DNA of 64,000 nt from Vicinamibacteria bacterium (GTDB taxonomy: Bacteria > Acidobacteriota > Vicinamibacteria > Marinacidobacterales > Marinacidobacteraceae): assembly GCA_965199715.1 (NCBI GenBank), contig OZ241322.1, forward strand, positions 1,728,001 to 1,792,000. Reading direction: 5' to 3'. Under the pieces are notes generated by a model that was not told the DNA's origin, ran no database searches, and worked only from the letters and a program-made list of their open reading frames with translations. This document shows positions 1 through 9,490 of this stretch, piece by piece. Position 1 is the first letter of the stretch; each line of letters opens with the position of its first letter. The position numbers and the translations under genes were made by a program.

Positions 1-111
1 GCCGACGAGGACCGGCCGCGCGAAGCCGGCCTCGGCGATCGCGACCGCGGCCTCCTGAATTCGCCGGTCCGCGGCCTCGGCGAACGCCAGCGCCGGGGGA
101 GGGTCGGTCAT
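1..111 (-). CDS. N-terminus of a phosphate acetyl/butyryltransferase-like protein (runs off window edge)
   Basis: Manual translation MTDPPPALAFAEAADRRIQEAAVAIAEAGFARPVLVG resembles the Pta/Ptb N-terminus; only 37 codons visible. Confidence 0.55.
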   Translation of the reverse strand, partial: MTDPPPALAFAEAADRRIQEAAVAIAEAGFARPVLVG

Positions 112-281
112 GGCGACTGCTACACTAGCTGGGTTTCGAGCGTCGGCGGCAGTCAGACCGGCTCCGGCACGGAGCGCGGCGGCCGCGCGGCGCATTTCCT
201 GCCCCGGAACAGCGGTGCGCCGCTGGCGAATCCAACGCGCTTGGGGGCGGGGCAGAACCCGTAACGCGGGGAGGTTTGGAA

Positions 282-617
282 ATGAAGGCAACGGAACGTG
301 TTGTAGGCGACGTCACGGTGCTCGATCTCGAGGGCCGGATCGTTCTGGGCGAGGGAGACGAGGTTCTCCGCAACAAGGTCCGGGACGTGGTCGCCGGCGG
401 TAGCCGCAAGGTCGTGCTGAATCTCGGCGCGGTGTCCTACGTGGACAGCGCCGGGCTCGGCGAGCTGGTCCGGTGCCACACGCGGCTCGTGCGTGTGGGC
501 GGAGCGATCAAGCTGCTGAACCTGACCGAGCGGATGGAGGATCTGCTGCAGATCACCAAGCTGGTCACCGTGTTCGAGACGCACGACTCGGAGGCGGACG
601 CCCTCGCGAGCTTCTGA
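282..617 (+). CDS. STAS-domain anti-sigma factor antagonist
   Basis: VTVLDLEGRI...LNLGAVSYVDSAGLGELV (DSxG phospho-Ser motif); GGAGG SD upstream of ATG 282. Confidence 0.92.
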   Translation: MKATERVVGDVTVLDLEGRIVLGEGDEVLRNKVRDVVAGGSRKVVLNLGAVSYVDSAGLGELVRCHTRLVRVGGAIKLLNLTERMEDLLQITKLVTVFETHDSEADALASF

Positions 618-772
618 GGGCGCCCCGGGACCGAGCTTCCCGGCTCCCCGCAGCCCCGCGGTCCAGGACCGCGCTCCCGCCGGCGGAGCCCCTCCGGGGT
701 CTCCGCCGCGGGTCCATCCGGTCCTCCGCGACCCCGGGTTCCGCCAGGGGCCGAACCCGAAAGGAGAACAAA

Positions 773-1420
773 GTGCCGACCGCAGTTTCGGAGGCGGAGA
801 CCTCCAGAACCCGGAAGCCGACGCCCGACGTGAAGGCCATCATGGCCGACATCCGCGATCGGGCGCAGAACCAGAACAACGAGGACACGGTCACCAAGCG
901 CCAGTACCGCGCGAACGTCCGCGACCGACTGAGCCGGCCGCTTGGACGGGGCTTCACCGAGGACTTCGTCCAGATCATGCGCGTTCGCGAACCCGAGGGT
1001 TGGAACGTGCAGCTCGAGGCCGAGTCCTTCGGGAGCTCGCGGTCGTCGCTGGTGCGCGGTCTTCGCTGGCTGTTCGCCCCGGTGCGCCGCGCGCTCGTGA
1101 ACACGGATCCCGCCGTGCGCCAGGCCGCCCGGCAGGCGGAGATCAACGAGTACTTCCGCCGGCTCCTCGTGGCCGCCAACGAGGATCTGGAGCTCACCCG
1201 GCTGGAGCTGGGCGCGCTGCGCCAGCAGCTCGGCCGGCTCGGGGTGAAGGCCGACTTCTCGTTCGCCGAGCCGAAGCCCGCCCCCGACCGGAGCCGCGGC
1301 CGCAGCCCCCGAGGGCGGTCGGACAGCCGTCGCGGGCGGCCGCGGGAGGATTCCGGCGGCGACCGGCGCGACGGGAGCCGCTCCCGGTCGGGGCGGGGCC
1401 GCCCGTCGAGGGGAAGCTGA
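773..1420 (+). CDS. Hypothetical protein with coiled-coil region and Arg/Gly/Ser-rich tail
   Basis: AAGGAG SD at 761-766, GTG 773, coding-like codon usage, abuts next gene. Confidence 0.7.
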   Translation: MPTAVSEAETSRTRKPTPDVKAIMADIRDRAQNQNNEDTVTKRQYRANVRDRLSRPLGRGFTEDFVQIMRVREPEGWNVQLEAESFGSSRSSLVRGLRWLFAPVRRALVNTDPAVRQAARQAEINEYFRRLLVAANEDLELTRLELGALRQQLGRLGVKADFSFAEPKPAPDRSRGRSPRGRSDSRRGRPREDSGGDRRDGSRSRSGRGRPSRGS

Positions 1421-1421
1421 C

Positions 1422-2651
1422 GTGCGCGTCGCCTTCGTGGTCCCGCGTTTCGGAACGGACGCCCCGACCGCGCCCGAACGCCTCGCCGAACAACTGGCGG
1501 CCTCCGGATCGGATCGCTGGCGCATCAACGTGCTCGCCGTCGCGTCCGGCATCCGCAAGGGCCGGCCGCTCAAGCCGGGGATGGTCCAGGTCGGGAAATT
1601 CCGGATCCACCGGTTCGCGGCCGACGACGACGCCGCGGCGCCCGACGCGCTCACGGCGGCCGGGCTGACGGGGCATCTGGAGTCCGAGGCCTACGACGCG
1701 ATCCTGCTGTTCGGCGCCGGCGCCGCCGCGTGCCGGGCCGCGGCGCGGGCCGCGGCCTCGCGGACGGTTCTCATCCCCTTCGCGCCGGAAGAGCCCGGTG
1801 AGTGCGACCGGGAGGCTTTCGAGCGCGCCGGGGCGATCCTGTTCGGCAGCGACGCGGAGGAAAAACAAGCGCTCTCCCGCTACGCCGTGGATCGGAAGAT
1901 GCGCGAGACGGTCGAGACTCCCGCGCTGCTGCCCGTGGCGCGGGATCCCGAGGGGTTCCGCCAGCGGACCGGCATCCGGGGCCGCCACCTCGTGTGCGCC
2001 GACAGCCCGTCGGACCGGGTGGTGCGGGACTTCGTCCGGCTGTTCCACGCCTTCCGCGATTCGCAGCCCAAGGCGCAGCTCGACCTCGTCGTGCTCGGCG
2101 CGCCGCCGCCCGGCATGCCGCGGCGCCCCGACACGCGCTTCGTCGCGCCGAGCGACGCCGAGGAGCGGCTCGACGCCGTGGCCGGCGCGTTGATGCAGGT
2201 GATGCCGGGGCGGCTGACGCCGGTGGCGGCGGCCGTGGAGCCGTTCTCGCTGGGAATCCCGATTCTCGTGAGCGCCTCGGCGGCGGACCTCGTCGCCGAA
2301 TGCCAGGCGTCGAACGGCGGTCTCTACTACCGCGACTACCCCGAGCTGGAGCTCATCCTCGATCTCGGCCTTCGCGATCCGGCGCTGTTCGGGCGGCTCG
2401 GCGAGGCGGGCCGGAATCACTTGGCGAAGAAGGGCGACTGGGACGCGCTGGTGAGCCAGTACGACCGGGCGATCCGCAGCTTCGCCCGCCCGTCCCGCGG
2501 GGAGGAGCCGCCGCCGGTTCCGCCTCCCGAGGAGCCCGAGCCCGAACCCCCGCCCGAACCCGGACCCGAGCCCGAGCCGAAGGAACTGGAGCAGCCCGAG
2601 GAGCCGGACGGACTACCGAGCTTCTTCCGCGGAACGATCCAGAAGGACTGA
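1422..2651 (+). CDS. Glycosyltransferase (GT-B / family 4-like) with Pro/Glu-rich C-terminal tail
   Basis: MRVAFVVPRFG start; ...ASNGGLYYRDY...LGEAGR; EPEP repeats. Confidence 0.7.
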   Translation: MRVAFVVPRFGTDAPTAPERLAEQLAASGSDRWRINVLAVASGIRKGRPLKPGMVQVGKFRIHRFAADDDAAAPDALTAAGLTGHLESEAYDAILLFGAGAAACRAAARAAASRTVLIPFAPEEPGECDREAFERAGAILFGSDAEEKQALSRYAVDRKMRETVETPALLPVARDPEGFRQRTGIRGRHLVCADSPSDRVVRDFVRLFHAFRDSQPKAQLDLVVLGAPPPGMPRRPDTRFVAPSDAEERLDAVAGALMQVMPGRLTPVAAAVEPFSLGIPILVSASAADLVAECQASNGGLYYRDYPELELILDLGLRDPALFGRLGEAGRNHLAKKGDWDALVSQYDRAIRSFARPSRGEEPPPVPPPEEPEPEPPPEPGPEPEPKELEQPEEPDGLPSFFRGTIQKD

Positions 2652-4400
2652 CCGGCGGGCGGCGCGCTCGAGGGCGCGGGCCGCGGCGGCCTGGCGGTCG
2701 AGCGCGGTTTCCATGCCCTCGGGCCGGGCCGACTGGAGCCAGAGGCGCTTGAAGCGGCGCCGGAGCGCGCGCTGGCGGGCGGCGAGGCTTCGCAGCTCGA
2801 CCGGGTCTTCGGTTCCCTCGCGCGCCTTCAGCGTCGCGATGCCCCGCTCGGCGGCGAGCAGCGAGGCGGCGAGCGCCCAAGCCCACTCGGCGCCGACGGT
2901 TCCCTCGGGAAGCCCGCGCCGGACCGCGTCGCGCGCCAGCTTCCGCAGGTCTCCGAGCGTGCGGGAGAGAACCTCTCGGTCCGGGACCCGCGTCGCCGTC
3001 CGCAGCCGGGTCTCGAAGAACACGGTCTTCAGCGGCGAATTGTTGAAGTGGGGGAAGCCAACCTCGTGGAGCCGTCCCAAGCGGTCCGCGAATGCGCCGG
3101 CGAACCCCGACGGGTCCCCGGCCACGTGATGCGAGAACGCCTCGAGCGTCGCGGCCTCGTCGGGTTCCCCCTCGCCCCACGCGGCCTCGGCGGCGTACGC
3201 GAGCGGCCAGAGCGACCCCGAGAACAGGTTGTAATGGCCGCCGTCGCCCCAGTCAGTCAGGAGGAACCCGTCCCCGCCGAAGCGCTTCGCCGCGCGGGCG
3301 TGTCCGGCGATGTTCGGCAGCGCGGTCGGGAGCCGCGGGAACAGGCTGGTCCACGACGAGGTGCCGGCCACGCTCAGGAACGTTCGCCCGGCGTCCTGGA
3401 AGCGGGCGACTCGGTCGAAGTCGTGGTCCGCCTCGTACCACCAGTCGGCGAGCACGACGTCCGGGTCGAGCCGGTCCAGTGTCTCTGGATGGTCGGCGAG
3501 CACGTCGGCCCAGATCATGGGGCGCTTGCCGTGCCCGCGGGCGATCGCGGCGACCTGGTTCACCCAGTCGGCGAACACCGCGGCGAGGCCGTCGCGCTCG
3601 GCCCGCGCCTTCGAGCGGCCCTCGCCGAGGTCGATCGGCTCGTCGCAGTTGAGCTGGGCGAAACCCGACGAGAAGCACGGCAGGTACTCCCCGAGGAGGT
3701 CCGCGACCAACCGCAGGCTCGCCGGATCGTCCGGGGCGAGCGACCAGAGCCGGTCCGACTCGGCCAGCCCCCGGTACGCGGGAAGCTCGAGGATCCGGCG
3801 CATGTGCCCGAAGGTCTGGAGGCACGGCACGAGCTCGACCTGGCGCTTCCGGGCGAAGGCGTCGAGCGCCCGCATCTCGTCCGCCGTGAATCCGCCCGCG
3901 TCCGCGCCGATCCGCGGATGCCGCTCGAAGCGGAAGGTGTGCTCGGCGTACAGGTACAGCTCGCTGTAGCGAAGGCGCGCGAGCAGTTCGATCAGCCGCT
4001 CGACCGCCGCGACCGTGGGAACCCGCCCCCGGGACACGTCGAGGAGGAAGCCGCGCCGCCGCAGCGCCGGCGCGTCCCGAATGAAGGCGCCGGGGACGCT
4101 CCCGTCCGGACGGGCGAGCTGGGCGAGCGCCTCGGCCCCGTAGCGAAGCCCCGCCGCGCCGGGCGAGGCGAGCTCCACCCCTTCCGGCGCGACCCGCAGC
4201 TCGAAGCTCTGGGGATCGCCCGTGTCCCGCCGGGTCAGCCGGATCGGGCCGCGGCCCCGGCCGCACTCGATCCCGGCGCGCTCCCGCAGCCGCCCGGCGA
4301 GGAATTCCGCAGCGGGGTCGTCGCCCGCGATCCGCGTGTCCGGCCCGAGCCGGAACGCGCCGGGAAGGGACGATTTCTCCCGCGGCCGGGGCAGCAGCAC
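2613..4400 (-). CDS. Glycoside hydrolase family 20 (beta-N-acetylhexosaminidase-like)
   Basis: IRDAPALRRRGFLLDVSRGRVP, ELVPCLQTFGHM, catalytic DE pair in LNCDEP, LTDWGDGGH; GTG 4400. Confidence 0.85.
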   Translation of the reverse strand: MLLPRPREKSSLPGAFRLGPDTRIAGDDPAAEFLAGRLRERAGIECGRGRGPIRLTRRDTGDPQSFELRVAPEGVELASPGAAGLRYGAEALAQLARPDGSVPGAFIRDAPALRRRGFLLDVSRGRVPTVAAVERLIELLARLRYSELYLYAEHTFRFERHPRIGADAGGFTADEMRALDAFARKRQVELVPCLQTFGHMRRILELPAYRGLAESDRLWSLAPDDPASLRLVADLLGEYLPCFSSGFAQLNCDEPIDLGEGRSKARAERDGLAAVFADWVNQVAAIARGHGKRPMIWADVLADHPETLDRLDPDVVLADWWYEADHDFDRVARFQDAGRTFLSVAGTSSWTSLFPRLPTALPNIAGHARAAKRFGGDGFLLTDWGDGGHYNLFSGSLWPLAYAAEAAWGEGEPDEAATLEAFSHHVAGDPSGFAGAFADRLGRLHEVGFPHFNNSPLKTVFFETRLRTATRVPDREVLSRTLGDLRKLARDAVRRGLPEGTVGAEWAWALAASLLAAERGIATLKAREGTEDPVELRSLAARQRALRRRFKRLWLQSARPEGMETALDRQAAAARALERAARRSVLLDRSAEEAR

Positions 4401-4440
4401 GCGGCGAAATCTACCAGCCGGGTTGGTATCCTCGGCCCCC

Positions 4441-5070
4441 GTGCCGGACACCTTCGCCGCCGCGGCCGAGCGCGTCGAGGCCGGCTGGACGGTCGGGCTG
4501 GGGACCGGGCGCGCCGCGAGCAGCTTCGTGCGCGCGCTGGGGGCGCGGGTCCGGGACGGACTCGTCGTGCGCGGCGTACCCACGTCCAGGGCGACCGCGG
4601 CGCTCGCCGAGTCGCTCGGGATCGAGCTCGTGGGCATGGACGACCTGGAGCGGATCGACCTCGCGGTGGACGGCGCGGACGAGGTGGACGACCGCCGCGA
4701 CCTCATCAAGGGGCACGGCGGGGCCTTGGTGCGCGAGCGCGTGGTCGCGGCGGCGGCCGAGCGCTTTCTGATCCTCGTGGGGCCGGAAAAGCTCTCGCCC
4801 CGCCTCGGGACGCTGCGATCGGTCCCGGTCGAGGTCGTGCCGTTCGCCGCCGGTCCGGTCCGCCGCGCGCTCGAATCGCTCGGCGCCCGGGCCGAACTGC
4901 GCGCTGGACCGTTCGTCACCGACAACGGGAACTGGATCGTGACCGGGGCGTTCGGCCCGATCTCCGATCCCCTGGCGCTCCACCGCGAGATCCTCGGGAT
5001 CCCCGGCGTCGTGGATTCGGGGCTCTTCGTCCGGATGGCCGACGAGGTGCTCGTGGCTACGCCCGCCTGA
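4441..5070 (+). CDS. rpiA: Ribose-5-phosphate isomerase A
   Basis: GLGTG, DGADEVD, LIKGHGGALVRE, TDNGN motifs. Confidence 0.93.
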   Translation: MPDTFAAAAERVEAGWTVGLGTGRAASSFVRALGARVRDGLVVRGVPTSRATAALAESLGIELVGMDDLERIDLAVDGADEVDDRRDLIKGHGGALVRERVVAAAAERFLILVGPEKLSPRLGTLRSVPVEVVPFAAGPVRRALESLGARAELRAGPFVTDNGNWIVTGAFGPISDPLALHREILGIPGVVDSGLFVRMADEVLVATPA

Positions 5071-5650
5071 GGCGCCGCCGGCCCACGAACACCAGCGCGG
5101 CCAGCCCGCCCACCACGAGGGCGCTCGCGATCAGCGCCGCCCGGAGGAACGTTCGCAGCGTGATCGCGAGCACCGAGCGCGCCTCGGTCTCGACCTCCAG
5201 TTCAAGCCCGTTCGCCCGGATCTCCCCGATCGGCCCGGTCCATACGAGCCGGTTTCCGCGGCGGACGGTCACGTCGAGGTTGTGGCTCAGGATTCGGCCG
5301 GCCGGCCGCAGCGTGATCTCGGCCTGACCCTCGCCCGGAACGCCGCCCGGGGGGACGGCCATGCGGATGCGCTGGGTCCCGCCGTCCGCGGCGCGCGAGC
5401 AGTCCCGGCCGAGCGCGGCGCAGAGCGCTTCCATCGAATCGAAGCGGAGACGCGTCTCGGTGAAGCGCCGCCGCTCCCGGAGCCGATCCAGCGCGACCCC
5501 CTCTCCCTCGAACATCGCGCGGAACCCGTCCGGCGGCGCGCCGCCGACGAGGATCGTGGATTCCCCCGAGCCGTCCAGCCGGAACCGGTGGGTCTCCTCC
5601 CACGCCGAAACCCCGCACCCGGCGAGAAGCAGCGCCGCTACCGCGCCTAG
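5057..5650 (-). CDS. Hypothetical lipoprotein with C-terminal TM anchor (start uncertain)
   Basis: AALLLAGC lipobox and C-terminal hydrophobic helix followed by RRRLRR; no clear ATG/GTG found. Confidence 0.55.
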   Translation of the reverse strand, partial: LGAVAALLLAGCGVSAWEETHRFRLDGSGESTILVGGAPPDGFRAMFEGEGVALDRLRERRRFTETRLRFDSMEALCAALGRDCSRAADGGTQRIRMAVPPGGVPGEGQAEITLRPAGRILSHNLDVTVRRGNRLVWTGPIGEIRANGLELEVETEARSVLAITLRTFLRAALIASALVVGGLAALVFVGRRRLRRA

Positions 5651-5665
5651 ACTTCGGCTCCCCCG

Positions 5666-8278
5666 ATGGAACGCACGCTGCTGCTCGTGGACGGCAACAA
5701 CCTGCTGTTCCGGTCGTATTTCGCGATGCCGCGGCTCACGTCGGCGGCGGGCCGGCCCAACGGGGCGCTCCAGGGCTTCACGAACACCCTGAAGATGCTC
5801 CTCCGGGAAGAGGAGCCCGCGGCCGCGGCGATGGTCTTCGACGCCCCCGGGCCGACGTTCCGGGAAGACATGTACCCCGAGTACAAGGCGCAGCGCCCGC
5901 CCACGCCGGAGGATCTCGCGGAGCAGATGCCGCTTGCCCGCGACATCGCCCGGGCGCTTGGGGTCCCGCCGGTCGAGATCGCCGGCGTGGAGGCGGACGA
6001 CGTGATCGGCAGCCTCGCGGTCCGGGGTCGGGCGGCCGGCTACCGGGTGCTCGTGGTCTCCGGCGACAAGGACCTTCTCCAGGTCGTGGGAGACGGGGTC
6101 GAGGTCGTCAGCCCGAGCCGGCGCGACCGCTCGGTCACTCGGCTCGACGCCGACGCGGTGCGGAAGAAGCTGGGCGTCCCGCCGGCGCTCGTTCCCGACT
6201 ATCTCGGCCTCGTCGGGGACTCGACGGACAACATCCCGGGCGTCCCCGGAGTCGGACCGAAGACGGCCGCGCCGCTGCTCGACAAGCTGGGCGGCCTCGA
6301 GGAGGCGCTCGCCCGCGCCGGCGAGGTCGCCCGCCCCCGGATCGCGAAGCTCCTCGCCGAGCACGCCGCGACCGCCCGGCTTTCCCGCGATCTCGCCGCG
6401 CTGAAGCTGGACGTCGCCGACGCGCCCGATCTGGCCGACCTCGCGTTTCGGGGCGCCGATCCGGACGCCGCCCGCGACGTCTTCGAATCCCTGGACCTGC
6501 GCAGCCACGCCCGCGACCTGCCTCCGCGGACGGCGGCGGCGCTCCCGGCGGTAGTCGAGGCGCGCTCCGCCGCCGAGGTCGCCCGACTGCTCGCGGACGG
6601 CCCGGCTCCGCTCGCCGTCCACGCCGACTTCGCGCCCCCCGACGGGCGCAATCCGGCGCGGCTCCGGGCGCTCGGGCTCGCGCGGTCCGCCGCCGGGGGG
6701 ATGCTGGTGGACCTTGAAACGGTGCACGGCCTGCTACCGGTCCTCGCCGACGGGCTGCGACGGCTCCCGGTGATCGGCCACCGGGTGCAGGACTTCGTGC
6801 GCTGGCTGATCGAGCAGCGGGTTCCGCCGCCGCGGGTCGTCCACGACAGCGAGGTCTCGGTCTGGCTGCTCGAGACCACGCGGCGGGCGCGGGAGTTTCC
6901 CGACGTCCTGCGCGATTTCACCGGCCTCGCGGCGCCGGACGAGGCCCAGCCGGGCCTCTTCGCCGCGCCCGAGCGGACCGTCTCCCCGCGCCTCGCGATG
7001 CAAGCGGCGTGGCAGCACCGGCTGGCGGAGGAACTGGCGTCCCGCCTGAAGGCCGAGGGCGCGCGGCTCGAGGCGGTGTTCGCTGACATGGAGATGCCGC
7101 TCGTCCCGGTGCTCGCCCGCATGGAGGACGCCGGCGTCCTTCTCGACCCGGAGCCGCTCGCGGCGTTCAGCGAGGAGCTCGGCGCGCGCATCGCCCGGCT
7201 CACCGAGGAGATCCACGAACTCGCCGGCGGCCCGTTCGACCTCCAGAGCCCGAAGCAGCTCGGTCACGTGCTCTTCGACAAGCTCCAGCTCACGCCGCAG
7301 AAGAAGACCCGGCGGCTGCGGCAGGCCTCCACGCGCGCCGAGGTCCTCGAGCAGCTCGCCGAGGAGCACGAACTGCCCCGCCTCGTGCTCGCGTACCGGG
7401 AACTCGCCAAGCTCAAGAACACCTACGTGGATCCGCTGCCGACGCTGATCTCGCCCCGCACCGGCCGGCTCCATACCCGGCTCCACCAGACCGGGGCCGC
7501 GACCGGACGGCTCTCGAGCACCGACCCGAATCTCCAGAACATCCCGATCCGCACCGAGATGGGGCGCCGGGTTCGCCGGGCGTTCGTGGCTCCGCCCGGC
7601 CGTCGGCTCATCGCCGCGGACTACTCGCAGATCGAGCTTCGGGTGCTCGCCCACCTGAGCGGGGACCCCGGCCTGACCGAGGCGTTCCAGAAGGGGGAGG
7701 ACATCCACGCCCGGACCGCCGAGGCGGTGTTCGGGGGGCTCGGGCTGCCCGCCGCCGAGGCCCGCCGCCGCGCCAAGATCATCAACTTCTCGATCATCTA
7801 CGGCAAGACGGCCTTCACGCTCAGCCGGGAGATCGGAGTCTCGACCGGCGAGGCGCAGGCGTTCATCGAGGCGTACTTCGAACGCTACGCCGGCGTCCGG
7901 GCGCTCATCGAGCGGATCAAGACCGAAGCGCGAGAGCGCGAGCGGGTCGAGACGCTCTACGGGCGCCAGCGGCACATCCCCGACATCGGCGCCCAGCAGC
8001 GCCAGCGCCGGGCCGCCGCCGAACGGATGGCCGTCAACGCGCCGATCCAGGGAACCGCCGCCGACCTCATCAAGTTCGCGATGCTGCGGGTGGACCGGAC
8101 GCTCGCCGGAACCGCGTCGCGGCTGCTGCTCCAGATTCACGACGAGCTGCTGGTCGAGGCCGACGCTGACGCCGCCCCCGAGGTCGCGGAGGCCGTCCGG
8201 CGCGAGATGGAGGCGGTCGCCGAACTGCGGGTCCCGCTCGTGGCCGAGATCACGATCGCGGAGCACTGGGAACATTGA
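5666..8278 (+). CDS. polA: DNA polymerase I
   Basis: 5'-3' exonuclease (VDGNN, EADDVIG, GDSTDNIPGVPGVG) and polymerase motifs (TGRLSS, DYSQIELR, QIHDELL). Confidence 0.98.
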   Translation: MERTLLLVDGNNLLFRSYFAMPRLTSAAGRPNGALQGFTNTLKMLLREEEPAAAAMVFDAPGPTFREDMYPEYKAQRPPTPEDLAEQMPLARDIARALGVPPVEIAGVEADDVIGSLAVRGRAAGYRVLVVSGDKDLLQVVGDGVEVVSPSRRDRSVTRLDADAVRKKLGVPPALVPDYLGLVGDSTDNIPGVPGVGPKTAAPLLDKLGGLEEALARAGEVARPRIAKLLAEHAATARLSRDLAALKLDVADAPDLADLAFRGADPDAARDVFESLDLRSHARDLPPRTAAALPAVVEARSAAEVARLLADGPAPLAVHADFAPPDGRNPARLRALGLARSAAGGMLVDLETVHGLLPVLADGLRRLPVIGHRVQDFVRWLIEQRVPPPRVVHDSEVSVWLLETTRRAREFPDVLRDFTGLAAPDEAQPGLFAAPERTVSPRLAMQAAWQHRLAEELASRLKAEGARLEAVFADMEMPLVPVLARMEDAGVLLDPEPLAAFSEELGARIARLTEEIHELAGGPFDLQSPKQLGHVLFDKLQLTPQKKTRRLRQASTRAEVLEQLAEEHELPRLVLAYRELAKLKNTYVDPLPTLISPRTGRLHTRLHQTGAATGRLSSTDPNLQNIPIRTEMGRRVRRAFVAPPGRRLIAADYSQIELRVLAHLSGDPGLTEAFQKGEDIHARTAEAVFGGLGLPAAEARRRAKIINFSIIYGKTAFTLSREIGVSTGEAQAFIEAYFERYAGVRALIERIKTEARERERVETLYGRQRHIPDIGAQQRQRRAAAERMAVNAPIQGTAADLIKFAMLRVDRTLAGTASRLLLQIHDELLVEADADAAPEVAEAVRREMEAVAELRVPLVAEITIAEHWEH

Positions 8279-8909
8279 GCGCGGCGGGCACGTCGGAAAC
8301 GCTCGCGACGAGGCGGTCGGGACGGGCCTCCCGGAGGAGCGTCTCCCGCCCGTAGGCGCTCGGCACCGCGATCGTCCGGGTTCCGGCGCGCCGCCCCATG
8401 AGCACGTCCTCGGGGCGGTCGCCGACGTAGGCCGCTTCTTCCGGGCGCCGTCCGAGCTCGCGCAGCGCCCGCAGGAGTCCGTCCGGATGCGGCTTTTTCC
8501 ACGTCGCGTCCTCGAAGGCCACCACCGCGCCGAAGCGGCCCTGAAGGCCGAAGCGGCGCAAGTCGTTCCCGAGGCGCTCCCGGTCGGCGGCCGAGACCAC
8601 CCCGAGGCCGAGGCCCGCCGCTTCGAGCGTCCGCAGCAGGTCCATCACGCCGGGGAAGAGTCCGACCCGCTCCACTCGCTCCCGGTACCGGCGCTGCCAG
8701 ACGCCGTTGGCCTCACCCCAGCGGTCCTCCGGAATCCCGACGTCCCGGTAGGTGGCGTGCCAGTCCGGCTGGTAGGTCGCGCGGTAGCGCCGCTCGTCCA
8801 TGCGGACGCCGAAGTGCCGGAACACCGATATGGAGGCGTGGCGGGTGGCCTCGAAGGTGTCCGCGAGGGTGCCGTCCCAGTCGAAGATGACCGCGCGAAT
8901 CGCCTGCAC
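8250..8909 (-). CDS. HAD-family hydrolase (phosphoglycolate phosphatase-like)
   Basis: FDWDGTL, KKPHPD, YVGD motifs. Confidence 0.9.
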   Translation of the reverse strand: MQAIRAVIFDWDGTLADTFEATRHASISVFRHFGVRMDERRYRATYQPDWHATYRDVGIPEDRWGEANGVWQRRYRERVERVGLFPGVMDLLRTLEAAGLGLGVVSAADRERLGNDLRRFGLQGRFGAVVAFEDATWKKPHPDGLLRALRELGRRPEEAAYVGDRPEDVLMGRRAGTRTIAVPSAYGRETLLREARPDRLVASVSDVPAALNVPSAPRS

Positions 8910-8951
8910 CGGCGGGGAGCGTAACCGCCCCCGCGTAGTACGATGCCGGCG

Positions 8952-9485
8952 ATGGCCGAGCGCGTCCCCTGCGGCAGTTTCGTCCTGTCCACCGGCGTTG
9001 CGGAGGTCGGCGACCTCGAACTCCTGACCACGCCCCGCGGCCTTCTGGCGGTGCTGTTCTGCGGCGACCGTCGGTCGCGCGCGACGACGGCGTGGGTGCG
9101 GCGGAACGCGGTCGTTTCCGGTCCCGCGGCGCCGGCGGACCGGGCCATGACGCAGCTTCTCGATTTCCTCGCCGGGCGCCGCCGGACGTTCGACCTCCCG
9201 CTCCACCGGACCGGAACCCCGTTCCAGCGCGCCGTGCTGGACGAGGTGGCCCGCATTCCGTGGGGCGAGACCCTCAGCTACGGCGAGATCGCCGCCCGGG
9301 TCGGGCGTCCGGCCGCCAGTCGGGCGGTCGGGGCCGCGAACGGCGCGAACCCGCTTCCGCTCGTGATCCCCTGCCACCGGGTCGTCGGAAGCGTCGGCCG
9401 GCTCACCGGCTTCGGCGGCGGCCTGCCGATGAAGCGGTGGCTCCTGAACCTCGAGGCGGGCGGCCTCCTCGCCCGGGCCTACTGA
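8952..9485 (+). CDS. ogt: Methylated-DNA-[protein]-cysteine S-methyltransferase
   Basis: GTPFQ, SYGEIA, RAVGAANGANP, PCHRV active site. Confidence 0.93.
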   Translation: MAERVPCGSFVLSTGVAEVGDLELLTTPRGLLAVLFCGDRRSRATTAWVRRNAVVSGPAAPADRAMTQLLDFLAGRRRTFDLPLHRTGTPFQRAVLDEVARIPWGETLSYGEIAARVGRPAASRAVGAANGANPLPLVIPCHRVVGSVGRLTGFGGGLPMKRWLLNLEAGGLLARAY

Positions 9486-9490
9486 TCGCC

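Noticed and set aside
200-235. ECF sigma promoter GGAAC-N16-CGAA upstream of the STAS gene
   Set aside because: Single weak match with an imperfect -10; cannot be distinguished from chance
2500-2610. GAGCCC-like tandem repeats
   Set aside because: They simply encode a Pro/Glu low-complexity tail of the glycosyltransferase
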